From Spirochaetia bacterium (GTDB lineage Bacteria; Spirochaetota; Spirochaetia; UBA9216), in the NCBI GenBank assembly GCA_963675665.1, contig OY776510.1:4032001-4096000 (forward strand): 64,000 nt of DNA. The letters run 5' to 3'. Each line of letters begins with the position of its first letter. Positions within the stretch are counted from its first letter, which is position 1. The notes below the pieces were generated by a model. It was not told the origin of the DNA. It did no database searches and saw only the letters and a program-made list of their open reading frames with translations. Positions 38,387 through 48,242 of this stretch are shown in pieces. The position numbers and the translations under genes were made by a program.

Positions 38387-41300
38387 CGTGTTCTATCAAT
38401 CCTTTCCTTAAGATCTATCAGCTTTGGATTTCGCTGGTTCACCGGGTTCTTCAGCAGATTCTCGACAATAATTCTTGCTTTGAGATAGTTTCCGGCGGTA
38501 TATTCACTGACGGCTTCATTATACAACTGCTGATCAGCGTTTGACATAACCACTACCGCAGTTCCGCCTACATCCGTTGAAATACGATCTTTCAATCTTA
38601 TCGCATCATTATTATCAGGATTCAGGCTTATCGCCTCATCAAGGTAGCTGAGGGCAACGTTAAACTCCGAACGCACATTTCGACTTACAATATCATATGC
38701 AAGACGGTAGAGCTCCGTGCTTCGCTGAAGTTTCTGGGGATCAGGCGGTCTGACTTTGATTCCTGCCGCATACTCCGCCTCGGTTATTGCCGCCTTCAAG
38801 CCCGCGTAATTTGCGTTGATTGCTTCAAGGTCTTTCAAATCTATATATGCCTTCTGCGGATTAGAGCTTATCAGATTACGGGCTTCAATAAAATCTGCCC
38901 TGAATAATTCATTAAAACGTTCCGGATCACGGTACTGGCTTATTCTCAAATTAAGAACTCTTGCTTCCTCGTTAAAAGGGAAAAATTGCTGTACATACAG
39001 AATGCTCTGCTCGGCCCTTGCGAAATAATTGTCGGCTTCATCCGTATTACCCTGATCATACTGGTCCCTGGCGTTCTGAAAATCCTCCCGGGCTTTATTA
39101 ATATACTGACTCATTTCGGCAAATAACGGATCTGTTGAGGCTATAACGCGCCCCGACGTTACCGACAACGCAGTTTTGGTCAGAGTCAGCCAGTATTCAA
39201 CCTCCGGGTTCGGCTCAATATTAGTATCAGCCCAGCGGCTTTGTGCCTTTATAAGCACATTCTGGGCTGCGGGGAAGTTACCGTCGGAATAATCGGCTTT
39301 TCCCTGCGTCAGATATTCACGAACCTGTCTGACTACGAGATTATTTTCAGCGACCTGAATTTCATCATACAGCCGCGGGATTTCATCATCCCGGTAAGCC
39401 CTTAAAAGCGGGTCTTCAAGGTACGACAGTGATTCGTCAAACTTGGCGGCAGCCTGCTCAAGACGTTCTTTCGCAACTGCAAACTGCCCGCTCCTGGTCA
39501 GGCGCTTGGAATCTTCAATCCGCCGTTCGCCCTCCTGCCTGGACTTTTCAGCTGTAAAAATCTGTTCCCGTGCTGCAGCGGCAAGATCGACGGCCTCATC
39601 AAGGAGAAGCCCGCTTCTGTTCAGTAAATCATCGGCATGCGCCATGGCGGCGGCAACATCCGCGCCGTTTCGAACAGCGGGACGCTCATTGCCGATTCTG
39701 ACAATAACATTTTCAATATCGGCCGTCAGGGTTTTTATCCCGGTTTCAACCGCCAGCAGCATTTCAAGCGCCCTGTCCGGATATTTGTACAGGACCTCAA
39801 AGTCGGCCGCTTCTGCCGCCTCATCGGGAACCTCCGTCTGTCCGGGTATTCCGCTGATCATAGCGTCGCTCTCTTCAGCTGCAAGTTTCTCGGCAATATA
39901 ATTCTCTTCAAGCTGCTGTATCTCCAGCTCAAAGATCTGCCCGGTAAGCGCTATCTCGGCAGTCAGCACTTTACCGACAAGATCTCTGTACTCATCAGCA
40001 GGAATGGAAGCCGTGTCTGCGCTTCTTGCCAATTCAGAATCATCTGCATTATCAAGCTCAAGTTCCTTAACGCGGTTTTCCGCTGTTTCGAGCAGTGATT
40101 CGAGAACTTCTCCTTCGGATAATAATTCAGCCTTTATCAGAGCGCCCTGTTCATAAAAATTTCCGTTCTGATCATCGAGAGCGCTTATTCTCCTGTTATA
40201 ATTATCAAAAAGCCGTTGTTTCTCCATAACCGTCAGCATTTCTTCGGCTGTATCATATTCCTGTTGAAGATACAGTAAATCGGAATAAAGCGACTTCTCT
40301 GCATAGCTGAGCAAACCTTCTCTTGCAAATTCAGAATCCGACTCAAGAAAACTCGACCCGAATTCATAAAAGGAAATGCTGTTTTCCGAAATCCGAGATG
40401 CATTTCCAAATGCTGTTTCAGCTGTATTGTAATCGCCATCTTTATACCGGGAGTATGCACCGGTAAAAAGGTCTTCGGAAAGCTGCATACTGTTTTTCGC
40501 AACAAGGTTAAAAAGACTGTTCCAGTAAATTTCAATCGAACCGGTGATTCCCTCAGATTCGTCTACTGTTGTTCTGCCGTTCAACAGCCTGTCCATATAG
40601 ATAAGATAATGAACCTGCTTTTCGTCGCCGGCAGTATTTCTGATTATGTCTTCCTGAACAATAAAATAATCCGCCAAATCCTTCAGCTCTTCCCTGATTT
40701 CACCGGCTTTCTGCATTTCAGGCATAAGTTTATTAATCTCACTGATATATTCATCCGGATTTCCGAGATTAAACATGGTCTGTATAATATCCTGCATTTC
40801 CACAAGCCCGGGATAAAGCTCAATGAATTCCAGAGCCAGTTCATTCATACGATCAGTTCGACTGAATATATCGTTTACAACAATGTTGCCGTAACCCGCG
40901 TCCCTGAAAATGTCGCGGCTTAAATCAAAACCTTCCATGTAGGTTTCCGCAGCGGCAGCGTACTCTTTGTTCATCAGCTGAACCGAAGCCCTTTCCATGA
41001 TATCAACCCATCGGTTGTTGTTAAACACAAATCCGGCCGTTTCTCTTGCCAGAACAAGGGATATTCTTGTTGCTTCATTGGGGTTCGGATCAAGTTCTTC
41101 AAGTTCCTTGATTATCGGATACGCAGCTTCAACATCATCACCGCCGTATGTTTCGATAAGTTCCTCATACCGGTTGTTATAGCGTTCCTTTTCTTCCCTG
41201 ATACGGGCCAGCAGTCCCTGAACATCATCAATACGTTCCGGATTGCTTTTCAGGTATTCGGTCAGGATCCTGAGCGCTGCATTGTATTCCTTATCTTCTA

Positions 41301-41421
41301 TCAGCTGCTCGACTTCAGTAAAATCATCCTCACGCGAACCGGAAGCATACAGATCCGCCGCCGCAAAAGAAAAAATAATGAGAAACAAAAATACTGCGGA
41401 TCTGAATCCGTGTTTTAACAA
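38383..41421 (-). CDS. large exported helical/TPR protein
   Basis: Signal peptide LYASGS.E; TPR-like helices throughout; 4-bp overlap with the next gene. Confidence 0.8.
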   Translation of the reverse strand: MLKHGFRSAVFLFLIIFSFAAADLYASGSREDDFTEVEQLIEDKEYNAALRILTEYLKSNPERIDDVQGLLARIREEKERYNNRYEELIETYGGDDVEAAYPIIKELEELDPNPNEATRISLVLARETAGFVFNNNRWVDIMERASVQLMNKEYAAAAETYMEGFDLSRDIFRDAGYGNIVVNDIFSRTDRMNELALEFIELYPGLVEMQDIIQTMFNLGNPDEYISEINKLMPEMQKAGEIREELKDLADYFIVQEDIIRNTAGDEKQVHYLIYMDRLLNGRTTVDESEGITGSIEIYWNSLFNLVAKNSMQLSEDLFTGAYSRYKDGDYNTAETAFGNASRISENSISFYEFGSSFLESDSEFAREGLLSYAEKSLYSDLLYLQQEYDTAEEMLTVMEKQRLFDNYNRRISALDDQNGNFYEQGALIKAELLSEGEVLESLLETAENRVKELELDNADDSELARSADTASIPADEYRDLVGKVLTAEIALTGQIFELEIQQLEENYIAEKLAAEESDAMISGIPGQTEVPDEAAEAADFEVLYKYPDRALEMLLAVETGIKTLTADIENVIVRIGNERPAVRNGADVAAAMAHADDLLNRSGLLLDEAVDLAAAAREQIFTAEKSRQEGERRIEDSKRLTRSGQFAVAKERLEQAAAKFDESLSYLEDPLLRAYRDDEIPRLYDEIQVAENNLVVRQVREYLTQGKADYSDGNFPAAQNVLIKAQSRWADTNIEPNPEVEYWLTLTKTALSVTSGRVIASTDPLFAEMSQYINKAREDFQNARDQYDQGNTDEADNYFARAEQSILYVQQFFPFNEEARVLNLRISQYRDPERFNELFRADFIEARNLISSNPQKAYIDLKDLEAINANYAGLKAAITEAEYAAGIKVRPPDPQKLQRSTELYRLAYDIVSRNVRSEFNVALSYLDEAISLNPDNNDAIRLKDRISTDVGGTAVVVMSNADQQLYNEAVSEYTAGNYLKARIIVENLLKNPVNQRNPKLIDLKERIDRTR

Positions 41422-41707
41422 CTAGACAGCCTCTATTTTCCGTATTTTGACAATCTGCGTTTAAATATTTATTAAATAACGAATTGCCATACATTCCCCA
41501 ACCTGCTGAAAATCAGCATTAGACGCTTTTTCAGGTATTACACACCTGTTTCTATTCTCGGCCGAATAAAGGCCCCTAATGAGCTGAGATTAATCCTCTC
41601 AAAGCTAATATTATCACAAATAACAGATATTTCCGTTGAGTATTGCCTAACTCGTGCCGTTGATTAAAGCAATGGATATGCAGGCTAAATTGTTGTATAT
41701 TGATTAA

Positions 41708-42937
41708 TTGATGAGACGTATTTTTTTATTTATTACAGTTGTCTTTCTCATTGGTTTTCCCGGATTTTCATCGGATTTTCCCGATTACTACAGTATTATC
41801 ACCGCTGCAGGCGAACTGACTGATGATATTAATACCGGAACAACTGTTTTTCCGCTGCTGAAGATTCCGTCAGGCGGCAAAGCCGAAGCTATGGGTACAG
41901 CCCAGACTGCCGTGGCATCGGATTCGGCTTCTATTTTATATAATCCTGCAGTTTCAGCCGTTATTGACTTAACGGAGCTTGCTTTTTCGCATAACAACTG
42001 GATAGCTGATACAAGTATCGAAAGCGTAATGTTCACAAAACGGTTTGAAGATTTCGGAATAGGCGCCGGTTTGAAGCTGCTGTATCTTCCTTTTACGCAG
42101 TATGACGATTGGGGAGCTGCCGTTGCGGCCGGGTATCCGCTTGAGACGATATTAACATTAAATGCTTCATACAATTTTCTGCGTAATTTTTATTTTCAGG
42201 GACTCTCGGCAGGTTTATCCGTAAAAGCCGGGTTTCGCAGTATCCCTTCGGTTTTCTATGCCGGCCAGTCCTCATTTGCCGTCATGACGGACGCCGGTCT
42301 GTACACCAGGTTTAATTTCCTCAAATTCTATGATTCAAGGGATAAAAACTTTTCAGTCGGAACAGTTATTAAAAACCTGGGAGTAGAAACTCTCGGTGAA
42401 GCACTTCCTGCGGAATTTTCATCAGGAATAGCCTATTCCCCGATTCGTCCGATTAATTTTGCTGTTGATTTTAATCTGCCCTTAAATCTGAGCGGCGCTC
42501 CGGCCGAAGAATGGTACCTTGCCGGAGGTTTTGACGCAACGATGACCGAATTCTTTTCGTTTCAGGGAGGCTTTAACTTTCGGGGAGCAAACCCGAGGAT
42601 TTCTCTCGGCAGCACAATTGATATGGCTCACGTTGCTTTTAATCTGAACTATACCCTTGATTTGACTACATCCACAGACCAACTTGACCGTTTCAGTATC
42701 GAGGCAAAACTCAAGCTTGGCGATGAAGGCCGATACGAGCGTACTGCTATGGTTGATGAACTTTATATTGCCGGGCTGGATGCCTATGCCAACGGAGATC
42801 TTCAGAAAGCTATCGCCTACTGGGAAGCTGCGCTTGAAATCGATAACTCTTTCACCCCGGCGGAAGAATTTATAGCAAGTGCGTCACGTTCAATTCAGCT
42901 TCTTCAAAGAATGGAAGAACTCAATCGTGTTGAATAA
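41708..42937 (+). CDS. UPF0164/PorV/FadL-like outer-membrane barrel with C-terminal TPR
   Basis: FPLLKIPSGGKAEAMGTA, YNPA, HNNWIAD; C-terminal TPR. Confidence 0.85.
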   Translation: MMRRIFLFITVVFLIGFPGFSSDFPDYYSIITAAGELTDDINTGTTVFPLLKIPSGGKAEAMGTAQTAVASDSASILYNPAVSAVIDLTELAFSHNNWIADTSIESVMFTKRFEDFGIGAGLKLLYLPFTQYDDWGAAVAAGYPLETILTLNASYNFLRNFYFQGLSAGLSVKAGFRSIPSVFYAGQSSFAVMTDAGLYTRFNFLKFYDSRDKNFSVGTVIKNLGVETLGEALPAEFSSGIAYSPIRPINFAVDFNLPLNLSGAPAEEWYLAGGFDATMTEFFSFQGGFNFRGANPRISLGSTIDMAHVAFNLNYTLDLTTSTDQLDRFSIEAKLKLGDEGRYERTAMVDELYIAGLDAYANGDLQKAIAYWEAALEIDNSFTPAEEFIASASRSIQLLQRMEELNRVE

Positions 42938-43766
42938 TCTTTGCATATACTGCAAACAGGAACGGGTCAACTTTTTTACTTGACATCCATCGCAGCATTC
43001 TTGACCGCCCAACATCAGATCTTTCTTCTTCGGCTATCTTTTTGAGTAGTTTTTCATGCTTCCTGATATCACTTTCATCAAATAAAAGCATTATGCTTTC
43101 AAGAAGTTCATGGACCTTTTCCTGATCAGAATAATCGAACATAATATTGCTTTCATCACCGATTATATTCATTAAAAGCTGTTCCATATCGGTGGTTGTT
43201 TCACAATGCTGAAGATACTGTTCAACATCCTTTGTAAAACTGTCTTCATTAAAAATTATTGCATCAACCTTTGTCCTCAGCCTGACTTTCAATTCTGTTG
43301 CAGGTTTCGAATCGGCGTTTCGTTTTGCAAGAAAAAAATAAAGACCTACAGCTCCTGCAAGACCTATCAGTATTTCATCTACCATCGGAACAGGGTCCCT
43401 GATTACAAACGACATGATGAAATACAACAGCAGGAAAAGAAGCGTTGAAATCAGAAAACGGGGAAGAAACCGCCGTTCAGCAGCCCATTCCCTAACGGCC
43501 TGTTCAATCATCCTGTACAGCTCATTTCTCAACAGTGTTAAAGATTCAACCCGCGGCTCTTTTCCATAAAATCCTGTTATCTCGTTCTTATCAAGCAGTT
43601 CAATCAGGTTTTTTCTTTTTGAAAAGGGGTAAAGAAATATCGATGTTCCGTTTCCGCGATAAATATGAAAAATTGTAATTTTCTTTTCGTCCATATATGT
43701 TAAAAAATACTCCCGTGCAAATAAACCGTCAAGTTCTATTACTTTCCGGTTATAGTTTTGCCTCAA
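42921..43766 (-). CDS. hypothetical membrane protein
   Basis: Two TM helices around DPVPMVDE; overlaps the upstream ankyrin gene. Confidence 0.75.
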   Translation of the reverse strand: MRQNYNRKVIELDGLFAREYFLTYMDEKKITIFHIYRGNGTSIFLYPFSKRKNLIELLDKNEITGFYGKEPRVESLTLLRNELYRMIEQAVREWAAERRFLPRFLISTLLFLLLYFIMSFVIRDPVPMVDEILIGLAGAVGLYFFLAKRNADSKPATELKVRLRTKVDAIIFNEDSFTKDVEQYLQHCETTTDMEQLLMNIIGDESNIMFDYSDQEKVHELLESIMLLFDESDIRKHEKLLKKIAEEERSDVGRSRMLRWMSSKKVDPFLFAVYAKIIQHD

Positions 43767-44652
43767 TTTTCTGCTGAAGTTCCTTCAGCGAAAAAAGCTT
43801 TGCATAATCTGCCGCAGTCATTCCAAGACTGTCTTTTACCGTAATATCGGCACCCTTGTCAACAAGAAGATCTGCGAGCTTCTCCATACGGGCCCCAATT
43901 GCTACAACAAGCGACGTCTGCCCGTTCCGGTTTTTAAAATTCAGATCGGCACCGGCGTCTATCAACAGCTCGGCAACTTCCGTCTTCATTGCTGTTACGG
44001 CATCCATTATCGGGCTGGTACATCTGTCGCGCGCAATCAGGTTAAGTGAAGCTCCATAACTCATCAGAAGCCGGCATATTTCAAGATCACCGTTACGTAC
44101 TGCCAACGACAGCAGGGGCACGCCTTCATCATTCTCCGTTTCAGTGGAAAACCCCACTTTGAGAAAAGCCTGTACTTCCCTGTACATTCCGTATTCAACC
44201 GCCTCTACCAGCCCCCGGCTGCTGAAACTGAGACTTGATTCCGAGATTAATCTCCTTGCATTATGAAAAACCTTATTGCTTTCAAAAACCTTGCGTTCCC
44301 TCCTGAAATACCCTATAGTTTCGCCTATGCTGCCGACTACCGGCTCCGCTCCCAAAATTTCACTCAGCATCTTCTTTTCCTGTGAGAAAATAAGGACCCG
44401 GCCTTTTTTTGCCAGAACATAACCTGCCGCTACGGTTTCCAGCATGCACAGACCGTCTTCGGATTTATTTCCTGAAAGGCAGTCCGGGAAAAATAAAAAG
44501 AGATCAGCGTTTCTTAACGACTTAACAAGCTGCATTTCGGTACAGTTATCAAAATATAACTTCTCGGATTTCACCTTTTCGAGCTGCATAATTCTTCCGA
44601 CAGTAATAAATATATTCCTGTGTTTTTCTCTGCCGAGCATCAATACCTTCAA
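43750..44652 (-). CDS. ankyrin-repeat protein with N-terminal alpha/beta domain
   Basis: GVPLLSLA, TSPIMDA, GQTSLVVA, GMTAADYA ankyrin repeats. Confidence 0.9.
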   Translation of the reverse strand: MKVLMLGREKHRNIFITVGRIMQLEKVKSEKLYFDNCTEMQLVKSLRNADLFLFFPDCLSGNKSEDGLCMLETVAAGYVLAKKGRVLIFSQEKKMLSEILGAEPVVGSIGETIGYFRRERKVFESNKVFHNARRLISESSLSFSSRGLVEAVEYGMYREVQAFLKVGFSTETENDEGVPLLSLAVRNGDLEICRLLMSYGASLNLIARDRCTSPIMDAVTAMKTEVAELLIDAGADLNFKNRNGQTSLVVAIGARMEKLADLLVDKGADITVKDSLGMTAADYAKLFSLKELQQKIEAKL

Positions 44653-44721
44653 CTTTCACCTCTGATACAATATTCGACGATTTGGGCAAGAATTTCAAGT
44701 AACATAAACTTCTTTCAAAAA

Positions 44722-47700
44722 TCAGCCTACCGTTCGCATCCTGTTAAGACAGATGAGGCTGCTTACGTTTATGTATTCGGCCCCTGATTCAGCCTCTACA
44801 CGGCCGGTTACAAGGAACGCAAAACCCGAAGCTATAACCGGTTCAACATCGGCCCATACCGCCGGGAAAAAAACCGTTTCAAAAATGGACCAGGAATCTT
44901 CGAAACTGACAAAACTCATCGGCTTTTTTGATGATGTAAGCACTTCCTTTTCGGCCGCCAGCGTTCCGGCTATTGAAATTATCCGGCCTTCATATTCTTT
45001 AAGCCTGCGCGAATCAATCATAACGGCTGATCCCCGGCTTGCCGCTGAACAACGGGCAGCAGCCCGCCCGGAGAAAAATTCAACCGGGTGTCTTGAAAAG
45101 AACAGGTCAAGGGTATCAATCTCATCGCCCAGAATTACAGCGGGGCTGTAGCCCTTAAGCGCAGGAACTGCCGGCAGATCAAAATCCGTCCTAAGGCTCT
45201 GTATTCCGGTTTCACGGGCCTTTTCTGTATGATAGAATTTCCAGAACATCTGGGGCCTGTTGAAGCTTCCTGCAACACTGTCGAGACAGCCGCTTTTTAT
45301 CAGCATCCCCACCTGCCGGTATGACGGTCGTATCCGATTGATAAAATCATCAAATGATTTGAAATACCCTTTCCCTGCGCGTTCTTCAAGTATGCTTTCT
45401 ATCAGGGTGCCGGACAGTTCCCTTATCTGGCAAAGACCGGCCCGCATGGCCCTGATGCCGCAGAATGATTCTGAGGAAGGGTTTTCAATGGCGTAAAGAC
45501 CCAGGCTTTTGTTTATATCGGGCTTCAGAACCGGGAAGCCCATTCTCCTGACCATATTCAGATACACCTGCCGTGAATAAAACCCTCCGCCGTTATTAAT
45601 AACCGATACCATGAACTCAAGCGGATAGCGCAGCTTCAGCCAGGCAAGCCTGTATGAAACCAGGGCATATGACGCGCTGTGCGATTTACAGAAAGAATAC
45701 CCGTCGAACGACAATATCCCCTGCCAAAGGACCTCTGCATCTCCGGCGGATGTACCGCACGAGGCCGCCCCCTGCATGAAACGCTCGCGCCAGCGGACAA
45801 GCTTTTCAGCCCTGTTTTTCTTTGACAGTATTTTCCGCAGCTGATCGGCCTCTCCGGGATTAAACCCGGCGGCGGCCATTGCAACCCTCGCGACATCCTC
45901 CTGGTAAACCATAATACCGTAAGTCTCGTCCAGCACGCCTTCAAGACGGGGATTCAGGGGCCTGTATGCGCCTCCTTTCATTCTCCGGATATATTCATTA
46001 ATCCATTTATTGGCGGCCGGTCGTATTATCGAACTTGCCGAAACAACATGTTCAAAATCGGCTGTCCCCATTTTCTTGAGCAGCTGCCGGGTTGCCGGAG
46101 ATTCTATGTAGAAGATACCGGCGGTGTCTCCGGATTCGATATATTTCTGCGTGCGGGGGTCCGAATACGGCTGAAAGCTTTCCCAGTCGAGCTTTTCGCG
46201 GCGCTCCCGGTTCGCCAGAATTATTGTATCGCGCAGCACTGCAAGAGATCTGTTGCCGAGCAGATCAATCTTTACAAGGCCGCAGGCCTCCGCCCCGTCT
46301 TTCTCCCAGGCTATAACCGGGAAACCGGACGCGGAAGGCTGTACGTGCGTATATGCCGTGATCGGCCCAGGGGTAATAACCACACCCCCCGGATGCATTC
46401 CGATGAACCGCGGCCGGCCGTACAGCAGTGCCGCGCTTTCGGCAATCTCCCGGGGGAGAGGTTCGCCCCGGCCTCCGCGCCACTTTTTCATCAGTTCATT
46501 CGCCTGCATGTCGGTCATGCCCATCGCCTTTGCCGCCTCACGGGCCGCGCCGCGGCGCCTGAAAAAGACATGATCGGCAACCATCGCCGAATTTCCCGGA
46601 TATTTTTCAAATACATATTTAAGGGCCTTTTCCCTCTCATCCCAGGGAAAATCCACATCAATATCCGGCGGATCAACCCGGTATTCATTCAGAAAACGTT
46701 CAAAAAAAAGGTTATATGCAAGCGGATCAACGTGCGTTATCCCGAGCAGGTAAGAAACTATGCTTGAAGCAGCGCTGCCGCGGCCGCATGTTCGCGGGGC
46801 CTGTCCGACTATATCCCGGACTACAAGAAAATAGGACGCAAAACCCTTGCTGCAGATAATATTCATCTCGTACTGCAGCCGTTTTTCTATTTCCGCCGCC
46901 TTCACGGCGCCCGGCTGCGCCCCGTAGCGGCGTCTTACCCCGCTGCGGCATAGACGGTACAGCTCGGCGGCTGTTTCATCACTGTTCATTCCCCGGAATT
47001 CGGGAAAAACCCACTGCGTCGGCAGCAGTTCAGCCCCGGCCGCAGCTTCCGCTATTTCAGCAGTACCGGAAACAGCCTCGGGAACAGCCGAAAAGAAATT
47101 CTCCATTGAGGTATCGGCTTCGGTATAAATTCCTCCGCTGCTGCTTGCCGAACAGCGGTCCCGCAGGATTCCGAGCCTTGCTGCGGGAATGCCCGAATCA
47201 ACTGACCGGAGAAGCTGAAGAGTTTTGAAATCGCTGTTGCCCGATAAAACGAATTCCCGCAGCGCGGCTGTTTTTACACCCAGCCTGCCGGAGAATCGAC
47301 GGAGAGCGTCAAACGAATCGCCGTGAAAAAGCCCCGTGTACAGTCCGCTGCCGCCAGTCTCGCGGAGCCGTTCAATGACCCGGGTCCTGCTGCTTACAAT
47401 AATCAGTCCGTCGCGTCCGTTTTCAAGCAGATCGGCAACCGGATCATAGCTTTCCTCGCCCCGATCACCGGCCGACAGTTCCCGGTTAAGCCGCGAAATT
47501 ATAGTGTTAAGGCGCTGGAAACCTGTCCTGTTGATACAGTATGCCGTAAAAAGATATTCCATTTTGCCGGCAGGCGCAGATGAGGTTATAACAACTCCGC
47601 ACAGGGCTTTGAGATCATACTTTTCAGCTGTTTCCAGAAAAGACGGCAGTCCGTAGAAATTATTTATGTCTGCAACACCGACAACCCGTTCGCCTGAAGC

Positions 47701-47802
47701 GAAAGCATTACGGCAAATCTGTTCAAAAGAGAGAACACCCTTCAGAAGGCTGTACCGGGAACGGCAGTGAATAAAATTGTATGTTACCGGGTTCTTTTCC
47801 AT
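44722..47802 (-). CDS. dnaE2: DNA polymerase III alpha, DnaE2-type (error-prone)
   Basis: Degenerate PHP (HCRSRYS), GRGSAA, PPDIDVDF, HPGG, KIDLLG, YSFCKSH, C-terminal OB fold; 1026 aa. Confidence 0.85.
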   Translation of the reverse strand: MEKNPVTYNFIHCRSRYSLLKGVLSFEQICRNAFASGERVVGVADINNFYGLPSFLETAEKYDLKALCGVVITSSAPAGKMEYLFTAYCINRTGFQRLNTIISRLNRELSAGDRGEESYDPVADLLENGRDGLIIVSSRTRVIERLRETGGSGLYTGLFHGDSFDALRRFSGRLGVKTAALREFVLSGNSDFKTLQLLRSVDSGIPAARLGILRDRCSASSSGGIYTEADTSMENFFSAVPEAVSGTAEIAEAAAGAELLPTQWVFPEFRGMNSDETAAELYRLCRSGVRRRYGAQPGAVKAAEIEKRLQYEMNIICSKGFASYFLVVRDIVGQAPRTCGRGSAASSIVSYLLGITHVDPLAYNLFFERFLNEYRVDPPDIDVDFPWDEREKALKYVFEKYPGNSAMVADHVFFRRRGAAREAAKAMGMTDMQANELMKKWRGGRGEPLPREIAESAALLYGRPRFIGMHPGGVVITPGPITAYTHVQPSASGFPVIAWEKDGAEACGLVKIDLLGNRSLAVLRDTIILANRERREKLDWESFQPYSDPRTQKYIESGDTAGIFYIESPATRQLLKKMGTADFEHVVSASSIIRPAANKWINEYIRRMKGGAYRPLNPRLEGVLDETYGIMVYQEDVARVAMAAAGFNPGEADQLRKILSKKNRAEKLVRWRERFMQGAASCGTSAGDAEVLWQGILSFDGYSFCKSHSASYALVSYRLAWLKLRYPLEFMVSVINNGGGFYSRQVYLNMVRRMGFPVLKPDINKSLGLYAIENPSSESFCGIRAMRAGLCQIRELSGTLIESILEERAGKGYFKSFDDFINRIRPSYRQVGMLIKSGCLDSVAGSFNRPQMFWKFYHTEKARETGIQSLRTDFDLPAVPALKGYSPAVILGDEIDTLDLFFSRHPVEFFSGRAAARCSAASRGSAVMIDSRRLKEYEGRIISIAGTLAAEKEVLTSSKKPMSFVSFEDSWSIFETVFFPAVWADVEPVIASGFAFLVTGRVEAESGAEYINVSSLICLNRMRTVG

Positions 47803-47853
47803 AACGCCAAACTACTATACAAATGTTTAGCATTAATAGATCCGGAAGTCAAG

Positions 47854-48135
47854 CTATACGAGATCGATCATTCTTTTGAAAGCAGAATTATTTTTCTGAA
47901 GTTCCTTTGAGCCCCGGGTAATCTTGCAGAGACTCAGACCAAGCTGGGAAGCAATATTTCTTTGACTTGTACCCTGATCAAGCATCTTTACAAGGGCCCA
48001 GCGGCTTGCTACCTCGCTCAGTTCATTTTTTGTTAACAGGCATTCAAGAAAACTGAAAATAAGTTCCGAATCGTCAGTACGGGAAAGCGCCGCACTGAGT
48101 TCTTTCAGGCTGTCGTTAATATCATGTGTGTCCAT
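47854..48135 (-). CDS. TrpR/YerC-family repressor
   Basis: LLT..E......RW....ML..G.SQR.IA..LGLS...ITRGS. Confidence 0.88.
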   Translation of the reverse strand: MDTHDINDSLKELSAALSRTDDSELIFSFLECLLTKNELSEVASRWALVKMLDQGTSQRNIASQLGLSLCKITRGSKELQKNNSAFKRMIDLV

Positions 48136-48242
48136 ATCGTAACTATAACAGTTTTTACCCTCGTTGTGAATAAAAGAAAATTCCAACGTTTTTTCACGGA
48201 CAACTGATTGACTATAGCACCTGAATAATGGAAATTCATTGC

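Noticed and set aside
41517-41581. Purine riboswitch (GTTTCTA, CCG..TAAA resemblance)
   Set aside because: L2 consensus and P3 pairing are missing; downstream gene is unrelated
47817-47830. LexA/SOS box AAAC-N4-GTAT upstream of dnaE2
   Set aside because: Too degenerate relative to GAAC-N4-GTTC, and the host LexA motif is unknown
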